From a bacterium (GTDB lineage: Bacteria > SAR324 > JACQKK01), in contig OZ251219.1 of the NCBI GenBank assembly GCA_965240465.1, forward strand, positions 1,280,001 through 1,344,000: a stretch of 64,000 nt of DNA. Direction: 5' to 3'. The notes beneath the pieces are model-generated. The model did not search any database. It was not told the DNA's origin and was given only the letters and a program-made list of their open reading frames with translations. Both the position numbers and the translations under genes were made by a program. Below are positions 59,366-64,000 of the stretch, one piece after another (position 1 is the stretch's first letter; every line of letters begins with the position of its first letter).

Positions 59366-60197
59366 CAGACGCTTACTGTTTCTAGGACTGGCAACGCTTT
59401 TCGCCTTGTTGCTATTCCTAGCCTTGGGGCGTGAGGTATATCGCGAAATCGGTGATGCTCGGCTCTCGGTGAACGCTTTGCTGCGAGTCAGCGAACCCCT
59501 GCTACACAGTGGAAAGGTGAACTTGCTACGCACCGACCGCCTAGCCATCTTCTTGGTGGATGGGCAGAAGCCTGTCGCTATGAAGATAATCTCTCCCTTG
59601 CTGCTACCTCAGGCAGTGCAAATAGGACAAAAACATGCCACCGAGCAGGCACTTGTAGAGCAATCACTTGTGGAGCAATCACTTGTGGTGCGAGAGCAAA
59701 AGGAGTACTTGCTGGTGGCTATCACTGATAAAGACGGAGATATATTTCAGCTCAGTCCTGGAGAAGCCTATGGAAGCACCACCGCGACCATCGGAGATAA
59801 GAAGGTACCTCTGCTACTGACGGAAGAATATCGGGGTGGACTTTTTAATCAAGGGTATCAATCCTTTACCATTTCTGGCGTTGCAGATACTAAACTGCCC
59901 TACCAGCCCTCGCCTGATGGTAGACTCATCGTGATGCTATTTGATACAAAACTTCAGCAACCAATCGCTTTCAGCATTACTGATAATGATCGCCTGCCCC
60001 AGCCTTTTTCAATTTCTTTGCCTCTGCAGCTGCATGATAATCACCAGCCCGCTTATCAGCTACGCATCCTGACCGATAAAAACCAGCAACCTTTTCAGTC
60101 GGCTCCAGGGGAAATCATTGGGCGTTCGGCTGAAGCTGTCCCGCTGGGGACTACCCAGCTGCAATTCTGGCTGGACATGCCTTATCGCAGAAAGTGA
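59352..60197 (+). CDS. Membrane-anchored hypothetical protein with two similar domains
   Basis: N-terminal TM; two copies of a PVA/PIA...LPQ...TDK..PGE..G pattern. Confidence 0.6.
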   Translation: MKISSRRLLFLGLATLFALLLFLALGREVYREIGDARLSVNALLRVSEPLLHSGKVNLLRTDRLAIFLVDGQKPVAMKIISPLLLPQAVQIGQKHATEQALVEQSLVEQSLVVREQKEYLLVAITDKDGDIFQLSPGEAYGSTTATIGDKKVPLLLTEEYRGGLFNQGYQSFTISGVADTKLPYQPSPDGRLIVMLFDTKLQQPIAFSITDNDRLPQPFSISLPLQLHDNHQPAYQLRILTDKNQQPFQSAPGEIIGRSAEAVPLGTTQLQFWLDMPYRRK

Positions 60198-60210
60198 GTA
60201 CGCAATGTTT

Positions 60211-60289
60211 AAGGCACTAGTAGACAAGTCACTAGTAGACAAGGCACTAGTAGACAAGTCACTAGTGACAAGGCACTAGTAGACAAGGC
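60211..60289. repeat. 15-bp intergenic tandem repeat with ACTAGT palindrome
   Basis: aag(g/t)cactagtagac x5. Confidence 0.9.
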
Positions 60290-60306
60290 AAGAGATGTCG
60301 GGATGT

Positions 60307-61755
60307 TTAGGCGATTTGCAGGGAACGCTCAACTCGCTCTGCCACTTTTGCCCTACCGAATACGGAGGCTACTTGTGCTAGGTCTGGTCCCTCTGCTTCC
60401 AAAGTGATGGCCATTCTCATGGGCATAAGCAAGGGCTTTCCTTTGAAACTGGTTTCGCTACCGACGCGGTTGATAAGCTTGTTAAATGATTCCGCATTAA
60501 ACTCTTCGGCTTCAAAATTATTGAGGTGTTTCAGCAAGCAGGTAAGCACGGTCTTGCTGATCCTATGCCCCAATATTTCAATAATTTTATCAGATGGAAG
60601 TTCTTGCTCTGGGCGGTAGAAAATGTTGAGACCTTGCTCTATATCAACGAGTTTGCTCATCTGGGGTTGAATTATAGGCACCAATTCACGAATCTCTTGC
60701 ATGTCCCGATCGCCATAGCGAGAGTGGGTAACAAAGGGAATCAAATAATGCCAGAGAGCTTCTTTGCCTAGTTTGTCAATCCAGATCTTATTAATCCAAC
60801 CAAGCTTTTCAGAGTTGAACTTGGCTGGTGATTTACCAATCCTCTTCACATCAAAGATGGATTCCAAATCCGAGACAGAAAACACCTCCTCTTCGTTACC
60901 AGGATTCCAACCCAAAAGAGCTAGAAAATTAATCAAAGCCTGCGGCAAATAACCCTTACGAGCAAAATCTCCCACAGTGAAATCACCTCCGCGTTTACTC
61001 ATCTTACTTCTATCGGGATTGAGTATCAACGGCAAATGTGCAAACTGAGGAGGAACTATATCCAGCCAGCGACACAGCAAAATATACTTCGGAATAGATG
61101 GCAACCATTCCTCCCCTCTTAATACGTGAGAAATCTCCATGAGACTGTCATCCATCACCGCAGCTAAATGATAAGTAGGATAACCATCCGTCTTCATAAT
61201 AACCTGATCCTCTTGCTGCTTAAGGCTAAACTGAACCCTCCCACGAATCATGTCCTCTAAAATAACCGGACTCTCACTCTTATCCACACGCATCCTAACC
61301 ACATGAGAATATCCATCGTCATCATACTTCTGACGCTGCTTATCCGTTAAATCCCGACAACGACCATCATAACCAGATTGACGTCCCAACTCCGCCCGAC
61401 GCTTACGCATCGCCTCCAACTCAGAGACAGTACAATAACACTTGTAGGCTTTATTGCGATTAAGTAACTCCTCAACCGCATCGCGATATATCCCCAAACG
61501 CTCCGACTGCCGATAAGGACCATACTCTCCTTCTTGAACAGGACTCTCATCGGGAATGATGCCCGTCCAAGCTAACTCACGCAAAATGTTCTTCTCCGCA
61601 GTGGAATCAAAACGATCTTGATCGGTATCCTCTATACGCAAAATGAAGGTGCCTCCATGCTTACGAGCAAATAGATAATTAAACAACGCCGTACGTAAAC
61701 CACCTATGTGTAGGTGACCTGTCGGACTAGGTGCAAAACGAACTCGGACATCCAT
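60307..61755 (-). CDS. gltX: Glutamate--tRNA ligase
   Basis: RFAPSPTG.LHIGG, RIEDTD, YRQSER, LRGEEW, KMSKR, anticodon domain. Confidence 0.96.
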   Translation of the reverse strand: MDVRVRFAPSPTGHLHIGGLRTALFNYLFARKHGGTFILRIEDTDQDRFDSTAEKNILRELAWTGIIPDESPVQEGEYGPYRQSERLGIYRDAVEELLNRNKAYKCYCTVSELEAMRKRRAELGRQSGYDGRCRDLTDKQRQKYDDDGYSHVVRMRVDKSESPVILEDMIRGRVQFSLKQQEDQVIMKTDGYPTYHLAAVMDDSLMEISHVLRGEEWLPSIPKYILLCRWLDIVPPQFAHLPLILNPDRSKMSKRGGDFTVGDFARKGYLPQALINFLALLGWNPGNEEEVFSVSDLESIFDVKRIGKSPAKFNSEKLGWINKIWIDKLGKEALWHYLIPFVTHSRYGDRDMQEIRELVPIIQPQMSKLVDIEQGLNIFYRPEQELPSDKIIEILGHRISKTVLTCLLKHLNNFEAEEFNAESFNKLINRVGSETSFKGKPLLMPMRMAITLEAEGPDLAQVASVFGRAKVAERVERSLQIA

Positions 61756-61869
61756 GGCTCAAATAATGAAAAAGAAACTAAAAAAAAATAACTCCAGCAT
61801 CTCACAAACCCTACTACATATTTGATAGCTGTCAAAATGTTTTTTATCTTTTTTACATCCTTGAAGAAC

Positions 61870-61898
61870 TTGACAACGCCCCCTCTGCTCGCTACGAT
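61870..61898 (+). promoter_or_regulatory. Sigma70 promoter of the lipoprotein gene
   Basis: TTGACA-N17-TACGAT. Confidence 0.65.
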
Positions 61899-61972
61899 GT
61901 GAACTGGCGATTTCTCAAAGCTGAGGAAGGCCTTGGTATCAAGCCTTTCATACCCATATCAGAGGATTACCG

Positions 61973-63892
61973 ATGAAAAGATTATCACTACTCTCGGCTG
62001 GTTGTATTCTGGCTTTATTTTTGGCTAGCTGCGGGGGGAGCAGTGGCGGTGGTGGAGGTGGTGGCGGTGGTGGAGGTGGTGGATCTGCCGACACCGACGG
62101 CGATGGCATCTCTGATCTTACAGACCGATGCTCCTCTAGTGCCGATGAGAAATTCGTCAGTACCCCCATGACTGACTACGATAGCGACGGTTGCAAAGAT
62201 GACGACCCTAATGGAGAAGACGATGATGACGACGATGATGGGGTCACCGATTTTGAGTCAGATGGCACCCAGAAAGACCAATGCCTCAAAGGCAGTTTAT
62301 TCACCAGCAACAGCAGCACCGACTACGATGGCGACGGTTGCAAAGATGACGACCCTGATGGAGAAGACGATGATGACGACAATGATACTGTCCCAGATGC
62401 CCAAGACACAGAATGCCCTAAAACTCCCTTTGGCTCTGCCGACTACGATTCTGACGGCTGCGAAGACAGCAAGGACACCGATGACGACGGTGACGGCAAA
62501 GACGATACTGCTGATGCCTGTCCTAGGGGTATAACTGGCATCGGAAATGACAAAGATGACGATGGCTGTAAAGATTCTGAAGACACCGATGACGACAACA
62601 ACGGTCTAATAGAAATTGCCACTGCTACCGAGCTAGACAACATCCGCTATGATCTGGACGGTAGCCACTATGATGACAATACAGGTAATCCATCTAATGC
62701 GGGCTGTCCTACTACTAATAATCCCGTAGGTTGCAAGGGCTACGAACTAGCTGGTGACATTGATCTTTCTTCCTTTGCCAACTTTGCTCCCATTGGTAGC
62801 GATAGCAATCATTTTACCGCTGTCTTAGAAGGCAATGATTATACCATCAGTAACCTAAACATTGCCACTGATTCCACCCTATACACGGGATTATTTGCGA
62901 TTTTGGGTACTGGTAGCAAGGTACAAAACTTGTCCTTTGCAGAAAGTACAACTGGTTCAGTTGCCAGTAGCAACAATAGTGGTGCTCTTTCTAATCCTAA
63001 CCGTGTAGGGGTTTTGGCAGGCAGAAATAATGGAACAATATCGGGTGTTTCTTCTGGGATATCGGTTTCTGCCAGTGTGGGTACCTTTAACTATGTGGGT
63101 GGCTTGGTAGGTCAGAATTATCTTAGTGGCACCATCCAAGATAGTTATGCCACTGGCGATGCCACTGGCAGTAATGGTAATCGGGATCGGGTGGGTGGCT
63201 TGGTAGGTTCTAATGAGAGTGGCACCATCGGTAATAGCTATGCCACTGGCGATGCCACTGACGGTAAAGATGTGGGTGGCTTGGTAGGTACTAATCTTGG
63301 CACCATCGGTAATAGCTATGCCACTGGCTCTGCCAAGGGCGGTGCTGGGGATGACTCTGTGGGTGGCTTGGTAGGTGGGAATAGAAGTGGCATTCTTGGT
63401 GGTGCCACCATCAAAAATAGTTATGCCACTGGCTCTGCCGATGGCGGTGCTGGTAATGACTCTGTCGGTGGCTTGGTGGGAGATACTAATAATCGATATG
63501 GTTCTGTAACCATCGGTAACAGTTATGCCTTAGGCAAGGTGGATGGGGGCGATGGAGCCGATGAAGTGGGACGCTTGCTTGGCAAAAAAGGTACTGGGAA
63601 TTATACAATTACCAGCAACTATTATAATAGTGAGAGTGACTTAGATAATGGCGAAACCATCCTAATCCTTGAAAACACCGAGGCGGTTGCCAAAACCCGC
63701 GATGAACTAAAAGCCTTGACTGCCAACACTACAGGCTGGAGTGCTGACGACTGGGATTTCACGGATGATTTCTACCCCAGCCTGAAGTCTTATGAAGAAG
63801 ATGCCGATGGTAACCGAGTTATCCCCAGTGAATTACTCTGTAACCAACCCACCGATTTCGTTCAGTGTCCTACGCCCCCCCTTACGCCCTAG
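61973..63892 (+). CDS. Surface lipoprotein with Gly linker, thrombospondin-type-3-like Asp/Cys repeats and GLUG repeats
   Basis: LASC lipobox; DYD.DGC.D..D.DDD repeats; VGGLVG.N..GTI.NSYATG repeats. Confidence 0.85.
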   Translation: MKRLSLLSAGCILALFLASCGGSSGGGGGGGGGGGGGSADTDGDGISDLTDRCSSSADEKFVSTPMTDYDSDGCKDDDPNGEDDDDDDDGVTDFESDGTQKDQCLKGSLFTSNSSTDYDGDGCKDDDPDGEDDDDDNDTVPDAQDTECPKTPFGSADYDSDGCEDSKDTDDDGDGKDDTADACPRGITGIGNDKDDDGCKDSEDTDDDNNGLIEIATATELDNIRYDLDGSHYDDNTGNPSNAGCPTTNNPVGCKGYELAGDIDLSSFANFAPIGSDSNHFTAVLEGNDYTISNLNIATDSTLYTGLFAILGTGSKVQNLSFAESTTGSVASSNNSGALSNPNRVGVLAGRNNGTISGVSSGISVSASVGTFNYVGGLVGQNYLSGTIQDSYATGDATGSNGNRDRVGGLVGSNESGTIGNSYATGDATDGKDVGGLVGTNLGTIGNSYATGSAKGGAGDDSVGGLVGGNRSGILGGATIKNSYATGSADGGAGNDSVGGLVGDTNNRYGSVTIGNSYALGKVDGGDGADEVGRLLGKKGTGNYTITSNYYNSESDLDNGETILILENTEAVAKTRDELKALTANTTGWSADDWDFTDDFYPSLKSYEEDADGNRVIPSELLCNQPTDFVQCPTPPLTP

Positions 63893-63953
63893 GCTGTTGA
63901 GGGCGAGGGGCTAATCCCCCCCCACGTGCCAGATCGGCAGGCTGTTAAAAAGC

Positions 63954-63982
63954 TTGACAACGCCCCCTCTGCTTGCTACGAT
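63954..63982 (+). promoter_or_regulatory. Second copy of the lipoprotein promoter
   Basis: ttgacaacgccccctctgcttgctacgat, 1 mismatch vs 61870-61898. Confidence 0.65.
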
Positions 63983-64000
63983 AGAGAATGGCGATTTATC

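Overview
Bacterial chromosomal window made mostly of housekeeping genes in scrambled order: tig, clpP, hemH, gatA, ilvE, apaG, xth, smc, ispF, rho, coaD, pcm, nadE, glnA, purB, coaE, gor, scpA, folP-like, rbgA, gltX and tRNA-Pro(TGG). Gene content (TPR expansions, a TSP3/GLUG lipoprotein) suggests a deltaproteobacteria/SAR324-like, possibly host-associated organism; this is a weak inference. Accessory regions: (1) a phage-like repressor divergent from a Cys-rich ORF plus GT4-GT2 glycosyltransferase (11-15 kb); (2) a PvuII-like R-M pair (25.9-27.2 kb); (3) a tandemly duplicated, strongly diverged TPR locus between pcm and nadE, with a 9-bp microhomology junction and a methyltransferase cassette flanked by ~50-bp direct repeats (31.6-39.0 kb); (4) a promoter, ten 16-bp mini-hairpin repeats, a structured RNA candidate and a terminase-small-subunit-like ORF (48.3-49.7 kb); (5) a Panacea antitoxin pair followed by a 7-gene cassette-like array of five PD-(D/E)XK nuclease paralogs and two membrane genes that reuse the nuclease 5' end (54.1-58.4 kb). 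Short tandem repeats are pervasive, in-frame within genes and mostly out-of-frame between genes. No CRISPR array, integrase, transposase or reverse transcriptase was recognised. All calls rest on motif recognition by eye; no database searches were run.
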